Source: Spirochaetaceae bacterium (GTDB taxonomy: Bacteria > Spirochaetota > Spirochaetia > DSM-2461). Taken from it: a DNA stretch of 64,000 nt. This document shows, one piece after another, positions 41,829 through 51,449 of this stretch (positions are counted from its first letter, which is position 1; each line of letters begins with the position of its first letter). The stretch lies in NCBI GenBank assembly GCA_051531975.1, contig JAOPTT010000005.1, positions 224,001 through 288,000 of the forward strand, read 5' to 3'. Below the pieces are notes generated by a model. It made no database searches and had not been told where the DNA came from. It saw nothing but the letters and a program-made list of their open reading frames with translations. A program made the translations under genes and the position numbers.

Positions 41829-41837
41829 TACTAAGCT

Positions 41838-41867
41838 GTACAGGCCCCAGTAATATGGGGCTTGTAC
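41838..41867. terminator. Stem-loop between convergent genes
   Basis: gtacaggcccca / tggggcttgtac. Confidence 0.55.
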
Positions 41868-41881
41868 TATTGGAATTAAAG

Positions 41882-43486
41882 TTATTTTTCCAACTCCTGG
41901 CCTAACTTTTTAAGATTAAGTACACTCTGCTCACCAACATCTTTTACAATTGAACTCTCTTCTTCAAGAATTAACATCTTCTCCTGTGTATGTCCAATAG
42001 ATTCCAAAACTAATTCTGATGATTTTAGCTGTTGTACCATTGAGTGAGATATCTGTTGGATTTGATCATTTACATCTCTTATTCCGCTTCTTACTTCAGA
42101 TGTAGATGAGACGGATTGTGCATTACCGTTATTAATATCCTGTGTACCTGCGGAAAGTTCTGTAACTCCCGATAAGATCTCATCCATACCGGATACAACA
42201 TTTTTAATCTCTTCCCTTATCTGGTGGAATGAGTTAGTCGCTGTGCTATTTATATCAGTAGCTGAATTAATTGCTTCACTAATCTTTTTTAACATATCAG
42301 AGATAGTTTTAACGTTATTACCTGAGTTTTCAGATAGTTTTCTTATCTCATCTGCAACAACTGCAAAACCTTTTCCTGCATCACCTGCATGGGCAGCTTC
42401 AATTGCAGCATTCATAGCCAAAAGGCTGGTCTGGGACGCAATATTACTAATAACACTATTTACTTCACCTAAAGATTGTATTAGACCTTGTAAGTTCTCC
42501 ATAGCAGAAGTGGATTCTGATAGTACTTCTTCTGCTCTTTCAGCATTAACCGATAATTTAGTTACAATTAACTTTCTATCCTCTGCGATCTTAGCGATAT
42601 TATTTATTGAACTTGCCATCTCTTCAATTGCTGCTGAAGTCTGTTCAATTACAACAGTTTGGGTTTCACTGGATTTAGATACAACTTCTGAACTCTCTGC
42701 TATAGATGAACTAGACTGTTGTAAGACTCCTGTAGATTCAGAAAGTATAGCAACCTCCTGTTTAATAGAGAGAATCATATCTTTAACTTCTGTAACAGCA
42801 CTTGACATTTTATTTGAAGATTCCATAAGCTCCTCTCCAGTATCAAAATCCCCTTGTAGTTTACCAACAATAGTATGTAAATGCTTTGTTCTTTCTAGGT
42901 TTAAAGAGCTCTCTTTTGATATTGATTCAACAAGATTACGCCCCCGTTTATTAGAACTAATAACAATTATTCCTGAAAAAATTATTAATATCATTGCAAT
43001 AATAGGGTCATCTATAGTTGGTGCTTTATCGTTTAGATTCGCAGGTAAAGCCCTAAAAAAGTGATTAAAGATTATGGCTAAAGATCCAAGAACCATGACT
43101 ATAGCTGGTTCTTTCGGTTTTTCAGTAACTAATAGAGTGATAACAAGGACAAACATCTGAAGAAAAGCGATGAAATATACATCTACATATGATGCTATAT
43201 TCATTGTTAAAATTAGCATTGAGCAAGCAATGGATAAAAAAGTTATAGTAATTGATCTTGCTACATTCATTTTATTCATCTTAACTAAAAAAGTTATGGA
43301 CAGGGTTAAAAAACTCATAATCACCATATATGTTGGGGTCTTTTCCCCTTCGATAATTACAGAAAGAAGAATGAAAATACCTGTTAGACCTAATAATATT
43401 GAAACTAATGAAAAGGCCTGAGTATATAATACGTTATCATCTTCTTTATACCCGCTTAAATAAAACTTATCTATAATCTTTCTCAT
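41882..43486 (-). CDS. Methyl-accepting chemotaxis protein with multi-TM N-terminus
   Basis: [38 protein letters not shown]; about 6 hydrophobic segments. Confidence 0.93.
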   Translation of the reverse strand: MRKIIDKFYLSGYKEDDNVLYTQAFSLVSILLGLTGIFILLSVIIEGEKTPTYMVIMSFLTLSITFLVKMNKMNVARSITITFLSIACSMLILTMNIASYVDVYFIAFLQMFVLVITLLVTEKPKEPAIVMVLGSLAIIFNHFFRALPANLNDKAPTIDDPIIAMILIIFSGIIVISSNKRGRNLVESISKESSLNLERTKHLHTIVGKLQGDFDTGEELMESSNKMSSAVTEVKDMILSIKQEVAILSESTGVLQQSSSSIAESSEVVSKSSETQTVVIEQTSAAIEEMASSINNIAKIAEDRKLIVTKLSVNAERAEEVLSESTSAMENLQGLIQSLGEVNSVISNIASQTSLLAMNAAIEAAHAGDAGKGFAVVADEIRKLSENSGNNVKTISDMLKKISEAINSATDINSTATNSFHQIREEIKNVVSGMDEILSGVTELSAGTQDINNGNAQSVSSTSEVRSGIRDVNDQIQQISHSMVQQLKSSELVLESIGHTQEKMLILEEESSIVKDVGEQSVLNLKKLGQELEK

Positions 43487-43542
43487 AATATAAAATTCTC
43501 CTTGTTAACTTAATAATAATCTTTATCTTTAATTTATAGTAT

Positions 43543-45714
43543 TTATTCAGATAAAAATCTATCTATAACTTGCTGACGATACTCTTTTGACAGAGAGGAA
43601 AAAAATGCTGAATATCCAGTTACCCTAATAACTAAGTCAGGGTGTTTTGAAGGATCTTCGTGAGCCTGCATCAATCTCTCTTTTGTAATACAATTTAAGT
43701 TTATTAATGTCCCACCCATATGGTTATGTGTTTTAATTAACGCCATTAAAGCCTCGATTCCACCTTCACTTTCAACTAGATTACTATCTATATCAAGGTG
43801 TAGTGGTGCGGAGTTCCCTAATCCTGGTTGTGTTTTAGCAACTGCTGTAGCTTTTAAGGATGGGGAAAAGGAGTTAATTCCTCTGGCAAAACCCGGGTCA
43901 GGGTCGTTTGAATGTGAAATAGGATCTTTATCAAATCGTCCATTTGGAGTTGCAGATAAACTTTTTCCGTAGGCATATACATCTCCATGGGAGAACATAC
44001 CGGGGATTATTCTTAACTGGTGTTTAGTTGTTGGGATTTTAGAATAATCCACAAAAAAATCACGTATTTTAAGTGCCCATTTTTCTGAGAGTGAGCCGGG
44101 AGACCCAAACCTGTCTATGTTTTTTAACATTAAACGTATATTCTCTTCATTTTCATAGTTTACATCTAATACATGGAGAAGTTTGTCCCAGGTTAGATTT
44201 TTTTCATTAACTACCCTTAACTCTATTGCAGCAAATGAGTCTGCAACAGTGGCAAGTGCAATACCATCGATACAGAAACTTATATTATCAACACCACCTT
44301 CCGCTACATTTAATCCACGTTCTATAGGACCGTGCATAAAGAGGTTTAAAACAATCTCAGGCTTATTTCTTGATATAACCTCATAGTGACAATCAAAACC
44401 ATCCTTTATTGAATCCAACATTATTTTTAAGTGATATGTAAACTTATCCCACAGAGTATCTAGATCTCTGGTTGTTAATGTTTTTAAATCACCTAGAGAT
44501 TCAACTAGAGCTGTTGCCATATTACATCTTGTTACATCCTGCATTGGATACTCAGTCCCTGGAAGAGCTGTCCAGTTACACCCAACTTTTGCTCTTAATC
44601 TAGCAGCCTGTATAGGAAATCCATTTTTTGAATAACCTTCTTCACACCCTATATTCAGTGAATAATCAACACCTGTTCCATCTGCAAGATTATATTCTAA
44701 ACTTCTGCGAAGTAATTCATCATCAACATCGTCATGCACTCTTAACGCAATGTTTACAGGTATTTTTATCTGGTGCATAGCTTCAAGGATTATATATGAC
44801 ATTTTACTTGTAACATCCCCTGAACCATCGGCCTTTAAACCTGCAATCTGGGAGTAGTGAGTATCATTAAAAAACAGACTTGATATATACCAGATAGCCA
44901 TATCATCTGTTAATATTCCATTTTTTATATCTCGATCGTAATATGGTTTTAATATTTCATCCAGCTGTGAAAGTGCTCCACCAGCAAAATAAGTCCTATC
45001 AAAAACTTGGAAATGTGCTAAAAACTGACACGATTCCCTAAGGGTTCTTGGAGGATTATCTATAAGCCATCTATTTATCTTGGCTATTTCTATATAATTA
45101 TTACGTTTAAAACTATCTTGCTCTGTCTCTGCAAGGTCTTCTGCGTAATTAGCATGATTCGTTATCCACTGCTTAATTCCCAGTAGTAGTAACTCTTCCC
45201 CATCATAAAATGAGGTATCGGTTGGATTGTTTTTGGCTCTATAATGTCTAACTTTATTAAGAAGGCCTGCCCAACCAAGTTCTAAACCTATATTCATATC
45301 AGGACCAAAGTGGTTCATAGCTCCAAATCCACTTTGCCAAATGTTGTATCTATTCCAAATCTTTTCCAGATGTAAAGGTCTGTCTTCAGGGATAATATCA
45401 ATTTTAACCCAGTTTTGAAGATAACCAACCCAGCATCCAGCTAGGGCACTATTTGCATTTATGTATTTTGGGGATTCATTGAGATATTTTCTAAAAGTTT
45501 CACCAATAGCTTTAGAACCATATATATAACCGTCTTTGTGATTTGGCTCTGCAGTAAAATTAAAATCCGGATGTAGAATAAATCCATGATCATCGACATC
45601 TATATATCCAAGTTTTTTAATTTTATCACTATTTATTGATATTTTATTTTTATGAAGTCCATTAATTAATTTTTTATATTTATCTGAAACTGTTATTTTC
45701 TCAAAATAGTTCAT
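43543..45714 (-). CDS. Glycyl radical enzyme (PFL superfamily), substrate unknown
   Basis: C-terminal HPDLVIRVTGYS (Gly700), ATPNGR, GIALATVADSFAAI, Cys loop VGCNW (Cys379). Confidence 0.9.
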   Translation of the reverse strand: MNYFEKITVSDKYKKLINGLHKNKISINSDKIKKLGYIDVDDHGFILHPDFNFTAEPNHKDGYIYGSKAIGETFRKYLNESPKYINANSALAGCWVGYLQNWVKIDIIPEDRPLHLEKIWNRYNIWQSGFGAMNHFGPDMNIGLELGWAGLLNKVRHYRAKNNPTDTSFYDGEELLLLGIKQWITNHANYAEDLAETEQDSFKRNNYIEIAKINRWLIDNPPRTLRESCQFLAHFQVFDRTYFAGGALSQLDEILKPYYDRDIKNGILTDDMAIWYISSLFFNDTHYSQIAGLKADGSGDVTSKMSYIILEAMHQIKIPVNIALRVHDDVDDELLRRSLEYNLADGTGVDYSLNIGCEEGYSKNGFPIQAARLRAKVGCNWTALPGTEYPMQDVTRCNMATALVESLGDLKTLTTRDLDTLWDKFTYHLKIMLDSIKDGFDCHYEVISRNKPEIVLNLFMHGPIERGLNVAEGGVDNISFCIDGIALATVADSFAAIELRVVNEKNLTWDKLLHVLDVNYENEENIRLMLKNIDRFGSPGSLSEKWALKIRDFFVDYSKIPTTKHQLRIIPGMFSHGDVYAYGKSLSATPNGRFDKDPISHSNDPDPGFARGINSFSPSLKATAVAKTQPGLGNSAPLHLDIDSNLVESEGGIEALMALIKTHNHMGGTLINLNCITKERLMQAHEDPSKHPDLVIRVTGYSAFFSSLSKEYRQQVIDRFLSE

Positions 45715-45723
45715 TTTATACTC

Positions 45724-46617
45724 CTATTTTATATTCAAACCACAAGCTTTAAGCTCAATTTTTGCTATTTCCACTTGTTCTTTTGTAGGTATTATAAACT
45801 TGTTATAATCCATTTCAAGCAGATTGTACTTATTTTCACCTAGTTTATGATAAGGAAGTATCTCTACACTTTTAATATTAAGAGGTTTTAATATATCTCC
45901 CATCTTCTTAAACTGATTTTCATTAACTCCAATAATAAGGGGGATTCTTATAATAATATCCTTATTATTCTCTGATAATTTTTTTAAGTTTTCCAATATT
46001 AAATAATTATCCACACCTGTATATTTTTTGTAGATATTTGTATCTGCAGCTTTAAGATCAAAAAGAAAAAGATCGGTAACATCCAAAATTCTTTCAAAAG
46101 AACTCCATGGGACATTTCCTGCAGTATCAATTGCGGTATGTATGTTCTCTTTTTTACAATCAGTTAAAATTGTCTCTAAAAACTCTATTTGAAGCATAGA
46201 CTCTCCACCGGAAAATGTTACACCACCATCTGAATTATTAAAATAATCCCTATCAGTTAGTATATTTTCTAAAACATTTTTTCGGTCTATATCTTTTCCC
46301 ACACCTACAATTGCTTCTGCAAAACAGTTCTGGGCACATTTAAAACATGCGGTACAGGAGTCTCTATCTATCTTATGAATGTTTTTATTATCCAACAGAT
46401 GAACACTGTTTTGACAAACATCAAAACAGTTATTACAAACGATACATTTATCAGGATAAAATTCTATATGATTTTTGTGTTTTATAGATTCAGGATTATG
46501 GCACCAGGAACATTTTAGGTTGCAACCTTTAAAAAAAACTACAGTCCTTATTCCTGGGCCATCATGAACAGAAAAACGTTGAATATCAAAGATTCTTGCG
46601 TTATTTATTTTTTTCAC
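45724..46617 (-). CDS. Glycyl-radical activating enzyme (radical SAM with ferredoxin insert)
   Basis: HDGPGIRTVVFFKGCNLKCSWCHNPES, CIVCNNC/CTACFKC, GGVTFSGGE, LPYHKLG; start overlaps the upstream gene. Confidence 0.93.
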   Translation of the reverse strand: MKKINNARIFDIQRFSVHDGPGIRTVVFFKGCNLKCSWCHNPESIKHKNHIEFYPDKCIVCNNCFDVCQNSVHLLDNKNIHKIDRDSCTACFKCAQNCFAEAIVGVGKDIDRKNVLENILTDRDYFNNSDGGVTFSGGESMLQIEFLETILTDCKKENIHTAIDTAGNVPWSSFERILDVTDLFLFDLKAADTNIYKKYTGVDNYLILENLKKLSENNKDIIIRIPLIIGVNENQFKKMGDILKPLNIKSVEILPYHKLGENKYNLLEMDYNKFIIPTKEQVEIAKIELKACGLNIK

Positions 46618-48976
46618 TTTCCAACCGCAGTTGTACTAGGACATCGGGACGTACACATACAAAATCCGGTCCTAAACTTTTCTGAACTTCCTGAAGTCTG
46701 TCCATTGACCAGTTCCAGTTAAGAACCCACGCTTCAATAAAATTCTCTCCACGTGTAGCAGCTTCACGGATTTCACCAGCCATATGTTCCACTCGTTCCT
46801 CTATAGGTAGAGAAGGAGCAAAAGAGGATGCTGAGCGACAGGCGACAACATCGTTTGGAGCTACCCTTGCACAAGCAGCACTAGGAGCACCTCCATAACC
46901 TGTAAAAATACCCTTTAGCTGACCTGTTGAGTGTTTTGCATATCTATCTTCCTCATCGTTTCCACCATTAATTAACCAGAGACAGGATGTATCAATCGAG
47001 CTCATTGCTTTCTCTGTCATTAAAGCATACTTTGTATATAGCTCTTCCCGCTGCTCTGGGTAGGCCATAAGATAAATTATAGGTTCTGTATATCCAACAC
47101 CAAGTCCACCAACAAGCAAGTCGTTTTCCGATGCTGTTCTAAGGTAATAATTAAGTACGGTCGGAGCCATCATAGCTGCAGATGGAGCAAATGACCAACC
47201 CATAGGAATTGAGCCTCGTTGTGTCTTATCCCACTGTAGTTCCCTAGTCTGGAGCATTAATGCCTCCCCAAGATTATCTCCATCGGACATTATATGTGTA
47301 TAATAAACTTTATCTGGATCCAGTTTAGGAACATTTGGTTTCTTGTGTTTATACCCTCCTGTTTCTACACCGGAGTGAATTGTCAGATTTGTTGCTTCAT
47401 GGGATGGGGTTAGTATTTTACCAAAAAAAGAACCAAGTAGAAGTCCAGGTTCTTCTAATACAGCATCAGCCATACGATCCCCACCTTCTGGAACATTTGG
47501 CATCCAGTCAAACCACCAGCCTATTATTGGAGTATTTGGTGGAGTTGAGGCCAATATACCTCGAAGAAGATTCTCTTCCGGTAAGGTTCTTGTCATTGGA
47601 AACCAGAAAGTAAATATTTTAAATGATACAAGGTAATCAGTTAACAGAAAGATTCCAGGATAACATGTCGCCAGTATATTATGATTCATTTTTGGGTAGA
47701 GTTCAGTGTATGCCCAGTGCATCATCTCGTACTGGGAGGACCACTTGCCTCTAACATCAAAAATAACTGGTAGATTTAATTTTTCATTCATCTGGGGGGT
47801 TACCGGTACAGCGTCCTCTATGGAACCGATCATCATAACTACATTGGTCTCATTTAGACTGTTTGCATATTTTTGTCCAATGTTATCCATGATTGAACCA
47901 TCGTAAATAACTGAACCGTTAATTTTATCCCTAAAAATATCCCATGTTTGAGACTGGGAAACCATTTTAGAGGTATAACCTTCAAAGTGCAGCTCTTCAA
48001 GCCACTCTCTATCCTGTCTGTCATACCTAGTATGAAGAAGGTATAAAGATGGTTTTTTCCGGTTTACAAGTCCCTGAAGTACCGAAAATGCAAACTCCTC
48101 CTGGGGTGTAGCACTACTTACATCAAGAATATAAAGTGTTTTGGCAGGTCTAGGTGATTGTGGCCATAAGTTTGGATAAGGTTTTATTCCAGTAACCGGT
48201 TCATAACCAACAGGTACATCTTGGAAAGGCTGAAAACTTCCAGTCTCATTAAGTCGGTATTCAAAAGAGTTTACCCAGGCTTTATCCCACTCTGTTGCAA
48301 ATGCATCATTTTTTAGACTTTCAAGGACAAGCCGGGTCTCTTCATCTTTTTTAGCAGAAGCGTATATCTCTAACAATGCAAAACGAGATAATATTCTACT
48401 AAGATTATCAGGACAATCCTCTATTAATTTGTTTAATTTCCAAGTAACATTATCTGGAGTATCTAAAATGTCTACTTGCCAACTAACATTCCATGGATCA
48501 TCTCCTGAGTGTATTTTTACTAATATAGTGTTTACTCCAGGTTTAAGGTGACATAGCATATAGTCGTATTGTAACCTTATACCAGGGTGGGGGATAGTTC
48601 TGTAAAGAGTTTGTTCTTCATTTATCCATGCTGCAACTATTGCTTCGGAACCTATAGTTATTTCCGCTATTTGTTCATATTTAACTTCAACTTCTAAATG
48701 TATGTAATAGACACTCCATGTCTCTCTATCATGATCCATTACAGAACCAGACTGCCACGGTGTAACTCCATTTTTCCCAGGATACTCTGAATTAGGATCG
48801 AAACCTTCTTCTGGTGGATAGGGTATAAATACTCCCTGATATCCGGCGTTCTCATATGGACCTGAAAAATGAAGACTTTTAGGTATTAATGTTGTCTTCT
48901 TTGGAAAACTTTTTTCAAGTAGAGTTTGCCATTTAGCCCTTGCAGTATTGTTAATATTATTAACTAATTGTTTCAT
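46601..48976 (-). CDS. GxGYxYP-family putative glycoside hydrolase with extra N-terminal domains
   Basis: LQGLVNR, SDGDN, RGSIPMGW, GLGVGYTEP (variant of the family motif); AGGAG RBS; no signal peptide. Confidence 0.75.
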   Translation of the reverse strand: MKQLVNNINNTARAKWQTLLEKSFPKKTTLIPKSLHFSGPYENAGYQGVFIPYPPEEGFDPNSEYPGKNGVTPWQSGSVMDHDRETWSVYYIHLEVEVKYEQIAEITIGSEAIVAAWINEEQTLYRTIPHPGIRLQYDYMLCHLKPGVNTILVKIHSGDDPWNVSWQVDILDTPDNVTWKLNKLIEDCPDNLSRILSRFALLEIYASAKKDEETRLVLESLKNDAFATEWDKAWVNSFEYRLNETGSFQPFQDVPVGYEPVTGIKPYPNLWPQSPRPAKTLYILDVSSATPQEEFAFSVLQGLVNRKKPSLYLLHTRYDRQDREWLEELHFEGYTSKMVSQSQTWDIFRDKINGSVIYDGSIMDNIGQKYANSLNETNVVMMIGSIEDAVPVTPQMNEKLNLPVIFDVRGKWSSQYEMMHWAYTELYPKMNHNILATCYPGIFLLTDYLVSFKIFTFWFPMTRTLPEENLLRGILASTPPNTPIIGWWFDWMPNVPEGGDRMADAVLEEPGLLLGSFFGKILTPSHEATNLTIHSGVETGGYKHKKPNVPKLDPDKVYYTHIMSDGDNLGEALMLQTRELQWDKTQRGSIPMGWSFAPSAAMMAPTVLNYYLRTASENDLLVGGLGVGYTEPIIYLMAYPEQREELYTKYALMTEKAMSSIDTSCLWLINGGNDEEDRYAKHSTGQLKGIFTGYGGAPSAACARVAPNDVVACRSASSFAPSLPIEERVEHMAGEIREAATRGENFIEAWVLNWNWSMDRLQEVQKSLGPDFVCVRPDVLVQLRLESEKNK

Positions 48977-49017
48977 TTAGTTCTCCTAAATATAAGTGTA
49001 TATATATAGATGTAATT

Positions 49018-49074
49018 TGTTATATCATTTGATTGCAATATGATATAACATATCATGGATACTGATAAAGTCAA
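49018..49074 (-). promoter_or_regulatory. Promoter of the GxGYxYP-AE-GRE operon with two TGATATATCA-like boxes
   Basis: -35 TTGACT 49074-49069, -10 TATGTT 49052-49047; boxes 49018-49027 and 49041-49050. Confidence 0.65.
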
Positions 49075-49229
49075 GAAAAAGAACTTTTTATTACATCTAT
49101 ATTATTTACAAATTATTATTGACAAACAGTATTGTTATTGTAATATTTTAGACGTAATAACTTGTATAATGAATCCAGATATTTGATATGTCATATTTAT
49201 TCATTATATATAAGGGAGAAAAGGTTTCC

Positions 49230-51356
49230 ATGGCAGATTATAAAAAAATGGCTAACGATATAATTTCAGATATGACAGTAAAAGAGAAGGTTTCACAGAT
49301 GGTTCATGGAGCCAGGGGAATCTCCAGACTGCAGATCCCTGCTTATAACTGGTGGAATGAGTGTTTACATGGTGTTGGTAGAGCTGGTATTGCAACTGTA
49401 TTTCCCCAGCCAATAGGTTTGGCTGCTATGTTTGATGATAATTTTTTAAAAGAGATCGCTGAAGTTATTTCCGATGAGGTTAGGGCTAAATATAATGAAG
49501 TTAATATTGTAGATAAAAAGATACAATCATCAAAATTATTAGGAAAATTACAAGCTCATAAATTATGGTACAGAGGATTAACATGCTGGAGTCCAAACAT
49601 CAATATATTTAGGGACCCAAGGTGGGGACGTGGACATGAAACTTTTGGTGAAGATCCATATCTAACCAGTAGGTTAGGAGTCGCATTTATTAAAGGTCTA
49701 CAAGGTGAAAATCCAGAGTTTCTGAAAGTTGTTGCAACACCAAAACATTTTGCTGTTCATAGTGGTCCTGAGTTTAACAGGCATAGTTTTAACTCTGTTG
49801 TAAATAAAAAAGATCTATACGAAACATATCTTCCGGCATTTAAAGCCTGTATTCAGGAGGGTAAAGCCGCATCTATAATGACAGCATATAACGCTTTTAA
49901 TGGGGAACCTTGTGCATCAAGCGAAGAACTCCTACAACATATTTTAAGGGATGAGTGGGGTTTTAATGGTTTTGTTGTATCAGATTGTGGAGCAATTCAA
50001 GATATCAGAAAACATCATAAAAAGACAAAAAGTAATACTGTAGCTGCATCAATGGCTGTAAATGCAGGTTGTGATCTAAACTGTGGAACAATGTATAATT
50101 TCTTAGCTAATGCTGTAAAAAAAGGACTTGTTACAGAAGACACCCTAGATATAAGTTTAACTAGACTTTTTGAAGCACGTATTAAACTAGGAATGTTATC
50201 TTCTAGAACAAAAAATCCATATGATGAAATTAAACCTGATGTTATAAACTGTAAAAAACATCGGGATCTTGCTTTAGAAGCTTCAAAAAAATCACTTGTT
50301 TTACTAAAAAATGATGGTATATTGCCATTAAAAAAAGAGATAAAAAAAATAGCGGTTATAGGTCCAAATGCAGATTCTAAATCCGTACTTTTAGGTAATT
50401 ATAGTGGTGATCCTTCATCTTTTTCTACTATATTAAGTGGAATAAAAAAATCATTTTATGGTGAAGTTCTTTATACTCAAGGTTGCCACTTAACTAAAAC
50501 AAATACTAAAGATTTTAAAAAGGTTATAGCCCTCGCAAAAGAAGCAGATGTCGTTATATTAGCGATTGGTCTAGCTCCTGAAATAGAAGGAGAAGAGGGG
50601 GATGCATTTAATTCAGATGCTGCCGGGGATAAACTTACAATAAAATTACCTGGACTTCAGGAGAACTTAATTAAAACCCTTAATAATGTAGGAACTCCTG
50701 TTGTAGCTACTGTTTTAGCTGGTAGTGCCCTTGATTTAAGAGTGCTTGAAAAAAACTCTTCTGCAATTATTCAAGCATGGTATCCGGGGCAGGATGGAGG
50801 GGAAGCAGTTGCAAAACTAATCTTTGGTGAATACTCTCCATCAGGTAGACTTCCTGTTACTTTTGTTGAATCAGATAGTGATCTACCAGATTTTGAAGAT
50901 TATTCAATGGTAGGAAGAACATACAGGTTTTTAAATAAACCCCCACTGTATCCATTTGGTTTTGGATTAAGTTATACCAACTTTGATTATGATAACCTGG
51001 TAACATCCTGGACTGGTAGTGAAGAGAACAAAAGTCTGAAAGTTAGTATTACAGTTAAAAATACAGGTAATATAGACTCAGATGAAATAGTACAATATTA
51101 CTATAAATTTCATGACAAAGATAATAACTCTGCAAATTTCCAGCTATGCAAGTTTAGTCGAATAACTTTAAAAGTTGGTGAAACTGTAACCTTAGAGACA
51201 AATATTCCTTTAGAAATGTTTAAAGGTATAGATAACAATGGGAAATCAGTACTAAGAAATGGGGATTACACTATATTTGTTGGAGGTTCCGGGCCTGATA
51301 AAAGAAGTGAACAGTTAGTTAAAAGAGAAGTGCTAAAATTGAGCTTTAAATTATAA
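49230..51356 (+). CDS. GH3 beta-xylosidase/beta-glucosidase
   Basis: WWNECLHGV, RDPRWGRGHETFGEDP, KHFAVH, VVSDCGA nucleophile, FN3-like C-terminus; ATG 49230 after AAGGGAG; TGATATGTCA box at 49184-49193. Confidence 0.93.
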   Translation: MADYKKMANDIISDMTVKEKVSQMVHGARGISRLQIPAYNWWNECLHGVGRAGIATVFPQPIGLAAMFDDNFLKEIAEVISDEVRAKYNEVNIVDKKIQSSKLLGKLQAHKLWYRGLTCWSPNINIFRDPRWGRGHETFGEDPYLTSRLGVAFIKGLQGENPEFLKVVATPKHFAVHSGPEFNRHSFNSVVNKKDLYETYLPAFKACIQEGKAASIMTAYNAFNGEPCASSEELLQHILRDEWGFNGFVVSDCGAIQDIRKHHKKTKSNTVAASMAVNAGCDLNCGTMYNFLANAVKKGLVTEDTLDISLTRLFEARIKLGMLSSRTKNPYDEIKPDVINCKKHRDLALEASKKSLVLLKNDGILPLKKEIKKIAVIGPNADSKSVLLGNYSGDPSSFSTILSGIKKSFYGEVLYTQGCHLTKTNTKDFKKVIALAKEADVVILAIGLAPEIEGEEGDAFNSDAAGDKLTIKLPGLQENLIKTLNNVGTPVVATVLAGSALDLRVLEKNSSAIIQAWYPGQDGGEAVAKLIFGEYSPSGRLPVTFVESDSDLPDFEDYSMVGRTYRFLNKPPLYPFGFGLSYTNFDYDNLVTSWTGSEENKSLKVSITVKNTGNIDSDEIVQYYYKFHDKDNNSANFQLCKFSRITLKVGETVTLETNIPLEMFKGIDNNGKSVLRNGDYTIFVGGSGPDKRSEQLVKREVLKLSFKL

Positions 51357-51449
51357 TAATATTAACCCAAATTATAGATCTTTTACTAATATTGTTATAT
51401 TGTACTTTCCTTTGTAAATAAAATAAAAATTATATTAGAGAGTTTGGTG

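Noticed and set aside
42243..43064. 273-aa plus-strand ORF
   Set aside because: Antisense shadow of the MCP gene; no RBS or family motifs
43543..45714. Annotation as pyruvate formate-lyase (pflB) or choline TMA-lyase (cutC)
   Set aside because: No Cys-Cys pair and no GCVE loop; the activase has the ferredoxin insert that PflA lacks; no microcompartment genes
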